Shown: piece after piece, positions 50,788 to 60,615 of the stretch
How the letters are laid out: the number at the start of each line of letters is the position of its first letter
Numbering within the stretch: position 1 is the first letter of the stretch
From: Alphaproteobacteria bacterium
GTDB lineage: Bacteria; Pseudomonadota; Alphaproteobacteria; SP197
NCBI GenBank assembly: GCA_965228895.1
Contig: OZ245842.1
Location: forward strand, 4,032,001-4,096,000
Direction of reading: 5' to 3'
DNA length: 64,000 nt
Translations under genes and position numbers: made by a program
The notes under the pieces: generated by a model
What the model was told of the DNA's origin: nothing
The model's input: the letters and a program-made list of their open reading frames with translations, nothing else
Database searches by the model: none

Positions 50788-52055
50788 ACGACGCGCCATC
50801 GATCCGGAAAATCCTGATCGCGCTTGCGGCGCTGATCCTGGCAACCGCCATTTTGAACATCGCGAACGGCGCGATGTTCACGCTGATCGGCATCAGGCTC
50901 GCCAACGAGTTGTCGACCGGCTTGGTCGGTCTCATCACATCCGGCCACTTTATTGGCCTTTTGGCAGGCTCGATCACCGCCACCGGGATCATCGTACGGG
51001 TCGGCCACATCCGCGCCTTCACCGTGTTCGCTGCCGTCGCGGCGTGCGCCATCCTGTTGATGGGGCTTATCTTTTCGGTCCCCACCTGGTTCGTCTTCCG
51101 GTTCATCATCGGTTACTGCATGGCCGGACTCTTCATGGTGCTGGAGAGCTGGTTCAACGACCGGGCGACCAACGAGACCCGGGGACGCATTTTTGCGTCG
51201 TACCTGGTCGCGACATCCGGCGCCTTCGCCGTCGGACCGCTGTTGATCAACCTGGGCGACCCCATGAAGTACGCCCTGTTCGCCATGACGGCGATCTTGT
51301 TCAACATCTGCTTGCTGCCGATCGCCTTGACGCGTGAAGGCAATCCCACGATCGCCAAGGAAGGCCGGTTGTCGCTTAAGGAACTGATCGCGATATCGCC
51401 GCTTGGCGTGTTCGGCTGCTTCGCCGCGGGCCTGGCCAACAGCGCGGTCTACGGCCTGGGCGCGGTCTATGCCGACCTGATCGACCTTGAGCCTGCGGAA
51501 ATCTCGTTCATTTTCACTGCATTGATCGCCGGCGGCCTGGTCATGCAGTTGCCGATGGGCTGGCTGTCGGACCGTTTTGACCGGCGCACGGCGCTGATGA
51601 CGCTCACGGTGTCCGCCGTTGTTGCCGCCGGCCTTATCGTCGCATTTGGCGCTCATTCGTTCACGGCGCTGATCGTCCTGATCTTCATCTACGGCGGCGT
51701 GGCCGGTCCGATTTATGGCCTCTGCGTCGCCCAGACCAACGACTATGTCGATCGCGATCAGTTCGTCGCCGCCAGCAGCGGTTTGCTGATCGTCTATTCG
51801 ATCGGCGCCATTGCCGGTCCGAACATCGCGTCCTGGGTGATGGACTTGTTCGGCCCCTGGAGCCTGTGGCTCTATGTCGGCGTTGTCCTGCTTTGCCTCA
51901 GCGGTCTGGTCATGTATCGCAAGAAACGACGCGCGCCCCTGCCGGTCGAAGACCAGGGTGCCTATGTGCCGAGTGCGGTCGAATCACTGGCGACGGCCGA
52001 GATCGACCCGCGTGCCGCGCCGCCTCACCAACCGGCCAAAGACGGCGGAACGTGA
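50784..52055 (+). CDS. MFS transporter (YcaD-like)
   Basis: 12 [26 protein letters not shown] overlap. Confidence 0.88.
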   Translation: MNDAPSIRKILIALAALILATAILNIANGAMFTLIGIRLANELSTGLVGLITSGHFIGLLAGSITATGIIVRVGHIRAFTVFAAVAACAILLMGLIFSVPTWFVFRFIIGYCMAGLFMVLESWFNDRATNETRGRIFASYLVATSGAFAVGPLLINLGDPMKYALFAMTAILFNICLLPIALTREGNPTIAKEGRLSLKELIAISPLGVFGCFAAGLANSAVYGLGAVYADLIDLEPAEISFIFTALIAGGLVMQLPMGWLSDRFDRRTALMTLTVSAVVAAGLIVAFGAHSFTALIVLIFIYGGVAGPIYGLCVAQTNDYVDRDQFVAASSGLLIVYSIGAIAGPNIASWVMDLFGPWSLWLYVGVVLLCLSGLVMYRKKRRAPLPVEDQGAYVPSAVESLATAEIDPRAAPPHQPAKDGGT

Positions 52056-52245
52056 AGGGAACGCCCCGCCAACTCCTTGATTCTTAACGACTTACGGTCC
52101 TGGTGTAAATTGGCAACACGGTGGCCGTTAGATCACGGTCACAGGTGGTTCAAGTGGACGTGAGGCGCCGGGCTATGCTATCCGACCATTCGTTCACCAA
52201 TGGATCTCCACTGGTGGCGTGGGATCGTGTGGCGCCTGAGGCGGC

Positions 52246-53118
52246 ATGAAGCGCGATCCTGAAAATCGAGCGTCCGTGGTTGTCAGGGCAGTTGTCTTGG
52301 GCTTTTCAGGTTTCGCGGCACGACTACTACGACTTGCGATCTCAACCGGCGGCGCTATCACGCTTGTTCTGGGGATGGCCGCTTGCGCGACGCCGCCGGA
52401 AGATCCGGTTGCGCGTCAGGCGTTTGAGGAAACCAACGATCCTCTGGAACCGCTGAACCGCTACATCTTCGACGTCAATCTTGCGATCGACGAGCTGGTC
52501 CTGACGCCGATTTCGACCATGTACGTCGAGGGTGTTCCGGAACCCTACCGCAACGGGGTCAGAAACTTTCTCCAGAACCTCAGCATGCCGATCACGATCC
52601 TGAACAGCGCGCTTCAAGGAGACGGAGAGAACACGGTCGATGCTTCGGTCTCGTTTTTCATCAACACGACTGCCGGTCTTGGTGGCATCTTCGATATACC
52701 CGGCAACTTCGATGAGGAACCGCGCCGCGAAGACTTTGGTCAGACACTTGCTGTCTGGGGCGCCGAACCCGGCCCCTATCTGGTTCTGCCTCTTATCGGC
52801 CCTTCGGATGTGCGCGATACGGTCGGCCTGGGCGTCGACATCGCCACCGACCCGACAACCTATGTCTTTTCGCCAGCCTTCAACTACGTGACGACCGGCG
52901 TGACCGCGGTTCAGTTCCGCGCCGATCAGCGGGTCGAATACGAGAATTTGAAGCGCACATCGGTTGACTTCTACGCGACGCTGCGTTCTCTCTACCGTCA
53001 GATTCGCCAGCAACAGATCAACAACGGCAATCTCGATACATCGACACTGGATTATGAACTGTCGGGCGTTGATGACTTCGATACCACTGACGATAGCGAC
53101 TCTGCGGAAGCACCGTGA
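52246..53118 (+). CDS. mlaA: VacJ/MlaA lipoprotein
   Basis: MAAC lipobox, DPLEPLNR, EDFGQTLAVWG, YLVLPLIGPS. Start uncertain. Confidence 0.92.
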   Translation: MKRDPENRASVVVRAVVLGFSGFAARLLRLAISTGGAITLVLGMAACATPPEDPVARQAFEETNDPLEPLNRYIFDVNLAIDELVLTPISTMYVEGVPEPYRNGVRNFLQNLSMPITILNSALQGDGENTVDASVSFFINTTAGLGGIFDIPGNFDEEPRREDFGQTLAVWGAEPGPYLVLPLIGPSDVRDTVGLGVDIATDPTTYVFSPAFNYVTTGVTAVQFRADQRVEYENLKRTSVDFYATLRSLYRQIRQQQINNGNLDTSTLDYELSGVDDFDTTDDSDSAEAP

Positions 53119-53732
53119 TTGAACGCCGCCACATCATCAGATCTGGAGTTGGCCTGGTCGCGTTGACCGCCGCGCCATCCGTGGCGCTGGCTGATCAAGT
53201 CGGTGACGCCGAGTCATTCATCGAAGATCGCGGCAACAAGCTGCTCGACATCCTCGGCATGGCGCCGGGCGATGCGCGGCGCAGCGCCTTTCGCGACTGG
53301 CTGAACGGTTCGTTCAACTTGACGCTGATCGGCAAGCTTGCGCTGGGCCCGTTTCTGCATCAGGCCACGCCGGACCAGCTCGAAGCCTACACCAAGGCGT
53401 TTAGCGACTATATCGTGGTGACCTACGAATCGCGTTTCGACACCTTCACCGGTTACAACCTGGAAGTCCTGAGGGGCCGGCCGGCAGGCAGCAAGGACAG
53501 CATTGTCCAAACGCTGATTTCTTATGGAAACGACACGTTCCACGTTGATTTCCGCGTCCGCCAGGACACAGGCGACGAATTGGATGTTATCGACGTCATG
53601 GTACAGAACGTGTCGATGCTGAAGACCCAGCAGGACGAGTTCCGCTCTGTCATTCAGCGTAGCGGTCTGGAGGGCCTGATCGACGGCCTGAAGAAACAGA
53701 CCGCCGACATTGAAGCGGACGCCCAAAGCTAG
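53115..53732 (+). CDS. mlaC: MlaC/Ttg2D phospholipid-binding protein
   Basis: Signal peptide, IDVMVQNVSML...QDEF. GTGA overlap with mlaA. Confidence 0.85.
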   Translation: MIERRHIIRSGVGLVALTAAPSVALADQVGDAESFIEDRGNKLLDILGMAPGDARRSAFRDWLNGSFNLTLIGKLALGPFLHQATPDQLEAYTKAFSDYIVVTYESRFDTFTGYNLEVLRGRPAGSKDSIVQTLISYGNDTFHVDFRVRQDTGDELDVIDVMVQNVSMLKTQQDEFRSVIQRSGLEGLIDGLKKQTADIEADAQS

Positions 53733-53755
53733 ATCTTTCCATCGTGATGTGGTCG

Positions 53756-55129
53756 CTAGGGCGTGAGCCAGCCGCGCGCCTGTTGCTCGCGCACCAAATC
53801 TGAACGCTTTGCACCGAACGCTATGGCCTCGCCAAGGGTCGTTACGCCCTGCGCCGCCAGCGCATCGACCAGGCGGATATAGAGCTCGGCGGTCACCAGC
53901 GCGTCGCCCAACGCGGTGTGTCGGCCTTCGATCGTGATGCCGAATTCTTCGGCCAGGCCATCAAGAGACAAGTCCTTACGGGCCGGATCAAGGGCTGCGG
54001 CCAACAACAACGTGTCGATGATCGACGGCGGATGCCATGACGACCCGATGCGTTCGACCTCATGGACAAGCACAGTCGCATCAAAGCCGATGTTGTGGCC
54101 GACCACCACCAGATCCTCCAGCGATGTTTCGATCGCCGGCCAGCGTTCGGCAAAGTCCGGCGCGCCGGACACCATCGCATCGGTAATGCCATGGACCGCC
54201 ACCGACCGCTTGGGAATAACGACGCCGGGATTGACCAGCAGATCCTGGGTCAGGGCCCGGTAAACCTGTGTGCCGTGCACGCGAACCGAACCGTATGACA
54301 AGACGCGATCGTGCTTTGCGTTAAGGCCCGTCGTTTCCGTGTCGATCACAGCGACCGAGAGATCGGCGAGCGGCGTGTCAGGACCGGCCGTCGCTGCAGG
54401 CGGTGGCAGGTCGTGCAGATCAAGCGCCAGTTCGACATGACGGCCGGCCGAGGGGCCTGTCTCCTGGAACCAGAGGACGGCGCCGCCGTGACGGACCAGG
54501 GGCACATAGCGGGCCCGGACCAAACGCCCGCCGATGATCTGAAGCTCGACATCTACACCGTTTTCGTTTGACGCTGCCTTGGCCCGCGCCTCGGCCATGG
54601 TGTGGCGGGTGAAAACGTCGTAGATGGTGGTGCCGGTGTTGGTGCCGTGTTCGCCCAGGGTGTCGCGGGCGGCGTCGTTGATGACGCTGACCAGCCCATT
54701 CTCGGTGATCACCAGAAGGCCACCGCCGACCGCTGCGACCACGTCGCGCAAACGCTCATCGGGTGCGGCGCGCTCGGTAGCCAGGCGGCCAATGTATTGA
54801 CCGAGCGTGTTGTGAAGTGCCGCCAGTTCCCCACCCGCCTGATCACCTTCGGCCGGCAGAACCCGGTGTGCGGGATCGCTCAACAAAACGGCGACCGCAC
54901 CGCGCAACCGCTCGACTTCGGTAAAGTGCCGTCGCACCCAGACAACGCCCGTGCCGCACAGGACGACAGCAAAGACAGCGACAAAAAAGAGGGCGGCCTG
55001 CGGCACGCCGATAAAGTCGAGCGCCAGGCTCAGGACGATCAGCAAGCCAGCCGCGGCAAAACAAGCGATCAGCCGGGCTGCCGTACTGTGCGGCCCTTGG
55101 TTCACGTCTGCCCCATCAAAAAACGTCAC
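53756..55129 (-). CDS. Membrane-anchored PAS-like plus DEDDh (DnaQ-like) 3'-5' exonuclease
   Basis: Two N-terminal TM, helical linker, PAS-like GLLVITENGLVSVINDAA, then IDTETTG, GHNIGFD, HTALGD. Confidence 0.88.
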   Translation of the reverse strand: MTFFDGADVNQGPHSTAARLIACFAAAGLLIVLSLALDFIGVPQAALFFVAVFAVVLCGTGVVWVRRHFTEVERLRGAVAVLLSDPAHRVLPAEGDQAGGELAALHNTLGQYIGRLATERAAPDERLRDVVAAVGGGLLVITENGLVSVINDAARDTLGEHGTNTGTTIYDVFTRHTMAEARAKAASNENGVDVELQIIGGRLVRARYVPLVRHGGAVLWFQETGPSAGRHVELALDLHDLPPPAATAGPDTPLADLSVAVIDTETTGLNAKHDRVLSYGSVRVHGTQVYRALTQDLLVNPGVVIPKRSVAVHGITDAMVSGAPDFAERWPAIETSLEDLVVVGHNIGFDATVLVHEVERIGSSWHPPSIIDTLLLAAALDPARKDLSLDGLAEEFGITIEGRHTALGDALVTAELYIRLVDALAAQGVTTLGEAIAFGAKRSDLVREQQARGWLTP

Positions 55130-56585
55130 CGGTCAGGTCAGCCTTGATCCGTCCGCGCAAACGGTCAACCGCCTTGAGCCGGTCGACCAGCATGTCGCGT
55201 TCGCGCTTGGTCAGCGTATGCGGGTCGACAAAATAGCTTACCTTGTTGCCGGCACGAAAATCCCTGATCTGCTGACGCAGGACGATATCGGTCAAGAGCC
55301 GATAGGCGGCGCTCAGGTAGTCTTGCTCGTCGGCGCCCAACACACCGATCTCGAGTAAGGCGTCCATGCGTTTGCGGGTCGATGTGTCGACGATGCCATG
55401 TTTCAGCGCCAACAGGCGCACGGGGGCGATCAACGGCAGCAGGCCCTGATGCTTCAGGTTCATTTTTCCCTTCAGGTCGCCGGAACGCACCGTCACGAAA
55501 CGGCCGAACCATCCAAGCGCCACATCGCCCTCCGCGTCATCGTGATACATGCTGCGCAGGAAGTGATGCTGGCGCGGCATCAAGGCTGCGATGAAACGGC
55601 GAAGCTCCTGAACGAAGTCCTGACGTCCGTAGACCGGACGAAAATCAAAGAAGATATCGGCCAAACGCGCCAGATTGAGGTTGTCGCGGCTCATCCACAG
55701 CTTCAGCTGCGCCTGCCACTGGCTACGTGTCTTGCGCCACAGCGGGTTGGTCGCCATGACGTTGCCGGGGCAATAGACAAACCCCAGTTCGTTCAGCATG
55801 TCGGTCATACGCGTCGCCAGTTCGATGAACCAGGCATCGATCGCGTTATGGTCATCGTCGGGATAGTCATCCAGGACGAAGCCGTTATCCTGATCGGGGA
55901 ACAGGAAACTCTCACCGCGCCCCGCCGAACCCATGACCAGAACCGCGAAGGCGACCGGCGGCTCGCCAAAACCGTCATCGCGCATCGTCTGTATGGAGAT
56001 GTCGACAGTACGGTGCATGACATCCAGGTTAATCTCGCTTAGCGCCTGTTGGATGTCGTCGGCATGCACGCCGTCAGCGAACAGCGTGTCGGCAATATCG
56101 ACCTGAGCCTGTTTGATCTTCTTCAGGCCCGCCACCGTGTCGTCGGCGGCGAGCATGTCGATCAGGGTCAGCGTCTGGCCGGCCGCGACTTCCAAGGCGT
56201 CTTCCAACCACAGCATGCCGACCGCGAACCCGGCATCGTCCAGCACCGGCATCTGATGCACGTTGGCGTGGCGCATCCGGACAATGGCCTGGTGCATGTT
56301 GTCGTGCGGATAGGTGCTCTTGATGGGCGCCGTCATCACCCGTTCAACGGGCCCGGTGCGGTCATCCATCAGCGCGATGCGGGTCACCACGTCCCGCTCG
56401 GTGAGCAGGCCGGTGGGCAGGCCGTGTTCATCGGCCACCAACAGGCAACTCGCGCCGTTTTTCGCCAACGACGCCACCGCGTCACCGATGCTGGTGGTTG
56501 CCGGCACGATCAGCGGATCGGTTTTCATACGATCGCTTACTTTGCGGCGAAAGATATCGATTTGTGATGGCGCTTGTCGGTTCAT
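55116..56585 (-). CDS. CBS-pair plus DUF294 (GlnD/GlnE-like) nucleotidyltransferase
   Basis: CBS motifs GLLTERD and HQMPV; NTase motif MGSAGRGE...DQDNG; GNVMATNP.W, IFFDFR, NLKHQG. Confidence 0.9.
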   Translation of the reverse strand: MNRQAPSQIDIFRRKVSDRMKTDPLIVPATTSIGDAVASLAKNGASCLLVADEHGLPTGLLTERDVVTRIALMDDRTGPVERVMTAPIKSTYPHDNMHQAIVRMRHANVHQMPVLDDAGFAVGMLWLEDALEVAAGQTLTLIDMLAADDTVAGLKKIKQAQVDIADTLFADGVHADDIQQALSEINLDVMHRTVDISIQTMRDDGFGEPPVAFAVLVMGSAGRGESFLFPDQDNGFVLDDYPDDDHNAIDAWFIELATRMTDMLNELGFVYCPGNVMATNPLWRKTRSQWQAQLKLWMSRDNLNLARLADIFFDFRPVYGRQDFVQELRRFIAALMPRQHHFLRSMYHDDAEGDVALGWFGRFVTVRSGDLKGKMNLKHQGLLPLIAPVRLLALKHGIVDTSTRKRMDALLEIGVLGADEQDYLSAAYRLLTDIVLRQQIRDFRAGNKVSYFVDPHTLTKRERDMLVDRLKAVDRLRGRIKADLTGDVF

Positions 56586-56888
56586 CGTCGATCAATGATA
56601 ACGCAGTGGCGGCAAGATGTTCTGATTTAGGACAGAATAAGTTCTCGTGATGAAAAAAGCTTTCACATGATAACGACTTATCGCCGGTGTGCAGATTGTG
56701 TGATTTGTCACGACCGCCCCACTTTGGTATAAACAATATGGGTTTGGGGGTGGCTTTTTCTCACTGACATTAAGATCAGGCTCAATCCGTCACCTCCTTA
56801 ACTGACGAATGTTGGGGCGCGAACGTTTGTCGCGCGCCGAACTTTCGTCGGTCTTTTTGCCTGGCGAGGCAGATAGGGGAGAAGTTCG

Positions 56889-58928
56889 GTGGAAGCAAAA
56901 GTCTATTGGCTCTTTGCGTTCGTGTTGCTGTACTGGTGCTACTGTATCTTCTGGGGCATCAAGAGTGCACGTACGGCCAAGACGGCAAGCGATTACTTTA
57001 TCGCAGGCCGCCGTCTGGGCATGTGGGTATTTGTTCTGGCGGCGACGGCGACGTCGTTCTCGGGCTGGACCTTCATGGGTCATCCCGGCCTGATTTATCG
57101 CGATGGCTTCCAGTACGCCTACGCGTCCTTCTACGCCATCACCATCCCGTTCACCGGCGTCATGTTCTTGAAGCGTCAGTGGATGCTCGGCAAACGCTTC
57201 GGCTATGTGACGCCGGGCGAAATGCTGTCGGACTATTTCCGCGGTGACGGCATACGCATTCTGACCGTTATTGTCGCCCTGCTCTTCTCGATTCCCTATC
57301 TGGGTGTCCAGCTTGGCGCCTCCGGGTTCTTGTTCTCGGTCCTGACCGACGGCGTCGTCGACAAGGACTTCGGCATGTGGATCCTGTCGCTGGTCGTCTT
57401 GATCTATGTTGCCTCCGGCGGCCTACGCGCTGTCGCCTATGTGGATACGCTGCAATGTATCCTGCTGGCGGTCGGCATCATGATCACGGGTGTCATCGCG
57501 CTCAATCTTGCCGGCGGCTGGGGCGCTCTCAACGAAGCTTACGGTGCGCTCGCCGCGACCGGCATCGGCAAATGGGGTGTGACGGAGGCTGGCCATAACG
57601 CCTACTTCGCCATACCCGGCGTCATCCAGTTCACCGCGGGCCTGGGTCAGGAGACGCCTGTCGGCGGCTTGTGGACCGGCGTCATGGTGCTGACCTACAT
57701 GTTTGCCCTGATGGGCATCCAGTCAGCGCCCGCCTTCACCATGTGGTCCTTCGGCAACACGAGCCCGAAGCCGTTCGCGCCGCAGCAGGTCTGGGCCTCG
57801 TCGTTCGCGATCGGCCTGATCCTGTTCTTCTTTACGGCGGTTCAGGGCATGGGCGCCAATGTGTTGGGCGCCAACGTTCCGGTAAACGACGAGAACCTGG
57901 CAATCTCGCAGGGTCTCAATCTGGAACTCGGCAACACCGACCCGGCGCTGATCCTGGGCCGGCCGTTGGCCGAGGATGAGATCATCACCACCACCGGTCA
58001 GATCATCATGGCCAAGCCGGACTCGCTGGTGCCGTTCTACTTCAACACCATCGGCGAATCGATGCCGTGGCTGGTCGGTATTCTGGCGGTCTGTGCTCTG
58101 GCGGCGATGCAGTCGACGGGTGCGGCTTACATGTCGACTGCCGGCGCGATGCTGACCCGTGACCTCTACAAGAAGTACCTGAACCCATCGGCATCCCATA
58201 CCCAGCAGAAGTTCCTGGGCCGTGTCGGTGTCGCGTTCATCGTGTTTGCCGCCCTGCTGGTGGCGACGTTCAGTTCCGATGCTCTTGTGCTCTTGGGCGG
58301 TCTGGCGGTCGCCTTCGGCTTCCAGATGTGGCCGTCGCTGGCGGCGGTGTGTTGGATTCCCTGGATCACCAAGGCTGGTGCGACGTGGGGCCTGGCCGTT
58401 GGCCTTCTGGCGGTCATCTTCACCGAGACCTTCGGTGCGACGATAGCCGGCTGGTTCGGTTTCGAACTGCCATGGGGCCGCTGGCCGTGGACCATCCACA
58501 GCGCCGGTTGGGGCATCTTGTTCAATGTCATTGTCGTGGTCCTGGTTTCCGCGGCGACGCAGAACAGCGAAGCCCGTGCCCACAGGGAGACCTATCACAG
58601 CTTCCTGCGTGAACATGCCGGCCTGTCGGAGAGCAAGCGCAAGCTGATCCCGACGGCATGGATCGTCACCATCGCGTGGCTGATCTTCGGCATCGGCCCG
58701 GGTGCCGTCATCGGCAACACCATCTTCGGTACGCCTAACGATGCCTCGACCTGGATCTTCGGCATTCCGTCGATCTGGGCCTGGCAGATCCTGTTCTGGA
58801 TCCTGGGCGTCGCGATGATGTGGTTCCTGGCCTACAAGATGGAAATGTCGACCGTGCCGGACAAGGAAGTCGAGTCGTTGACCGACGACATCGGCGACCT
58901 GGCTGCCGGCAAAGCCGCGGCCGACTAA
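56889..58928 (+). CDS. Sodium:solute symporter (SSS) with a C-terminal two-TM extension
   Basis: DYFIAGR, ATSFSGWTF, GGLRAVAYVD, AAMQST. GTG start with a GGGGA RBS. Confidence 0.92.
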   Translation: MEAKVYWLFAFVLLYWCYCIFWGIKSARTAKTASDYFIAGRRLGMWVFVLAATATSFSGWTFMGHPGLIYRDGFQYAYASFYAITIPFTGVMFLKRQWMLGKRFGYVTPGEMLSDYFRGDGIRILTVIVALLFSIPYLGVQLGASGFLFSVLTDGVVDKDFGMWILSLVVLIYVASGGLRAVAYVDTLQCILLAVGIMITGVIALNLAGGWGALNEAYGALAATGIGKWGVTEAGHNAYFAIPGVIQFTAGLGQETPVGGLWTGVMVLTYMFALMGIQSAPAFTMWSFGNTSPKPFAPQQVWASSFAIGLILFFFTAVQGMGANVLGANVPVNDENLAISQGLNLELGNTDPALILGRPLAEDEIITTTGQIIMAKPDSLVPFYFNTIGESMPWLVGILAVCALAAMQSTGAAYMSTAGAMLTRDLYKKYLNPSASHTQQKFLGRVGVAFIVFAALLVATFSSDALVLLGGLAVAFGFQMWPSLAAVCWIPWITKAGATWGLAVGLLAVIFTETFGATIAGWFGFELPWGRWPWTIHSAGWGILFNVIVVVLVSAATQNSEARAHRETYHSFLREHAGLSESKRKLIPTAWIVTIAWLIFGIGPGAVIGNTIFGTPNDASTWIFGIPSIWAWQILFWILGVAMMWFLAYKMEMSTVPDKEVESLTDDIGDLAAGKAAAD

Positions 58929-58956
58929 CCGTCACAGCCCAGGATGTGGCAACATG

Positions 58957-58990
58957 CGGGGGAGGGCCTAGCCCTCCCCCGTTTTTCTTT
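58957..58990 (+). terminator. Rho-independent terminator
   Basis: cgggggagggc-cta-gccctcccccg followed by tttttcttt. Confidence 0.8.
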
Positions 58991-59005
58991 GGTAGATAGT
59001 GTTTT

Positions 59006-59236
59006 ATGGCCGATCTAGCTTCGCCCGAGTTCGCGCCCTATTGGGCTATTCTTCTGGCCGTCGTGCTGTTCTTTCCGGTGCGGCAGCTGATCTGGGTGAT
59101 GTCCGTCAGACGCGCCGAACGCGACGGCAACGAAGATGAGGAACGCCGGCAATCGTTGCGCCGACGGGCAAGTTTCACCGCTGCCCTTCTGTGTTTCATC
59201 GTCGCCTTCCTCTACGCCAACACCTGGAATCCGTGA
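59006..59236 (+). CDS. Small two-TM membrane protein
   Basis: 76 aa, two hydrophobic helices flanking a charged loop. Confidence 0.7.
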   Translation: MADLASPEFAPYWAILLAVVLFFPVRQLIWVMSVRRAERDGNEDEERRQSLRRRASFTAALLCFIVAFLYANTWNP

Positions 59237-59249
59237 CACCTAGAACGGC

Positions 59250-59858
59250 ATGAACGAAGCAGTCCTCAGACGTTTCATTAAGATCACGATCGTGACGATC
59301 CTGGTCGGCGGTGTCGCCATCCTGGGCTATGACTGGTTCCAAAGTCAGGAACCCGGCGACTACTATGTGCGCGAGGGCGACATCCGCCTGAGTGACGGCA
59401 AGTTCGACGAAGCGCTGGTGAGTTTCGACAAGGCGCTTCAGGAAATGCCCGACCATCGCGGCGCCCTGATGGGCCGCGCCATCGTGTTCATTCAAACCGA
59501 ACGTTACGACGATGCCATCGTCGAACTCAACTACCTCATCGACTTTCTGAACCGGACCCTGGTCGAGGAGGACCTGACCGGCAAGGGAACATTGGCCGCC
59601 GCCCACGCCAACCTGGGCATCGTCTATGATCGGCTGGGCCGCTACGAGGAGGCGCTCGACGAATACGCCCGGGCGCTCAACACCGACGAAGAATCGGTGG
59701 AGGGGCCGGGTCTGGTGCAGAAGATTTTGCATGACGCCGACCCGTCGACGGTGCGCGACCGCGCCATCTATATCTACGAGCAGCTCCAGTTGCCCGAAGA
59801 CGAACGCCTGATGTCGGTCCCCGAGCTCGACGCCGAAGAACGCATGTACAAACCCTGA
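59250..59858 (+). CDS. Membrane-anchored TPR protein
   Basis: N-terminal TM; TPR patterns GKFDEAL..FDKAL and NLGIVYDRLGRYEEAL..YARAL. Confidence 0.85.
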   Translation: MNEAVLRRFIKITIVTILVGGVAILGYDWFQSQEPGDYYVREGDIRLSDGKFDEALVSFDKALQEMPDHRGALMGRAIVFIQTERYDDAIVELNYLIDFLNRTLVEEDLTGKGTLAAAHANLGIVYDRLGRYEEALDEYARALNTDEESVEGPGLVQKILHDADPSTVRDRAIYIYEQLQLPEDERLMSVPELDAEERMYKP

Positions 59859-59866
59859 CGTCGGGT

Positions 59867-60067
59867 TCAGAACTCGACGACGCCCAGGACATCCTGCAAC
59901 AGGACAAGACAGAAGAAGACGGCGGCAATACAGCCGAACAGCTGATGCACGAAGTCGCCGTTGCCGTCCTCGTCGCGGAACCGTATGCCGCGCCAGGCGA
60001 TAAATGCGGTCACGGCCAGAAACAGAACGTTGAGGGGCATCTCCCACTCGCCGGCGGACTCAAACAT
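59867..60067 (-). CDS. Small two-TM membrane protein
   Basis: 66 aa, two hydrophobic helices, GAGG RBS, directly after the upstream gene. Confidence 0.65.
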   Translation of the reverse strand: MFESAGEWEMPLNVLFLAVTAFIAWRGIRFRDEDGNGDFVHQLFGCIAAVFFCLVLLQDVLGVVEF

Positions 60068-60073
60068 GATGCC

Positions 60074-60550
60074 TCAATCGCTGGTTTGGCCTGACTGCAG
60101 GTCGTCGGATTCGAAGAACGGCGGCAAGACGGATGTCGCGCGTGTCTCCGGCGCCAGTTGCGCCAGGGCGAGGCTACCGGCCATGGCGAAGACAATCCAG
60201 AACACGGCCATACCGAAGCGGCGATAGCCCTGCGGCGGTGTGCGGTAGTAATCGCAGTCGTAGCGGTGAAAGCCCGGCTGGCTGTCATCCAGTTCGTCGC
60301 GCTCGTCGGCCTCGATGATGCTGCGTGCATAGTGGCGCGCCCAGATCGGCACCTCGCCTTTGAACATGTAACGCTCGAACAGCCCGTCGACCATGGATTC
60401 CGGCATCTCTTCGCCATGCCACGATGCATAGGCGAGCTGCAGCAATTGAAACTCGCCGATCTGCAGCAGGTTCGCCGCCTGCGCGACGTCACCACGATCG
60501 GACGGCTCCTCTTGGTCGGGACGCAGCAGCGTCTGGAAAAAACCAGCCAT
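60074..60550 (-). CDS. Hypothetical protein with a C-terminal TM helix
   Basis: 158 aa; globular EFQLLQLAY...VPIWARHYAR region followed by a hydrophobic helix. Confidence 0.72.
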   Translation of the reverse strand: MAGFFQTLLRPDQEEPSDRGDVAQAANLLQIGEFQLLQLAYASWHGEEMPESMVDGLFERYMFKGEVPIWARHYARSIIEADERDELDDSQPGFHRYDCDYYRTPPQGYRRFGMAVFWIVFAMAGSLALAQLAPETRATSVLPPFFESDDLQSGQTSD

Positions 60551-60615
60551 GGCCTATCATACCGCCGAATGGCCGGGCGGCGAATGCTACGATTTTGTGA
60601 TCGCGCACGTGTCGT

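Noticed and set aside
53756-56585. CBASS or toxin-antitoxin nucleotidyltransferase; replicative dnaQ
   Set aside because: The NTase is the CBS-DUF294 type, not CD-NTase or MNT, and no effector or HEPN partner is present. The nuclease is membrane-anchored.
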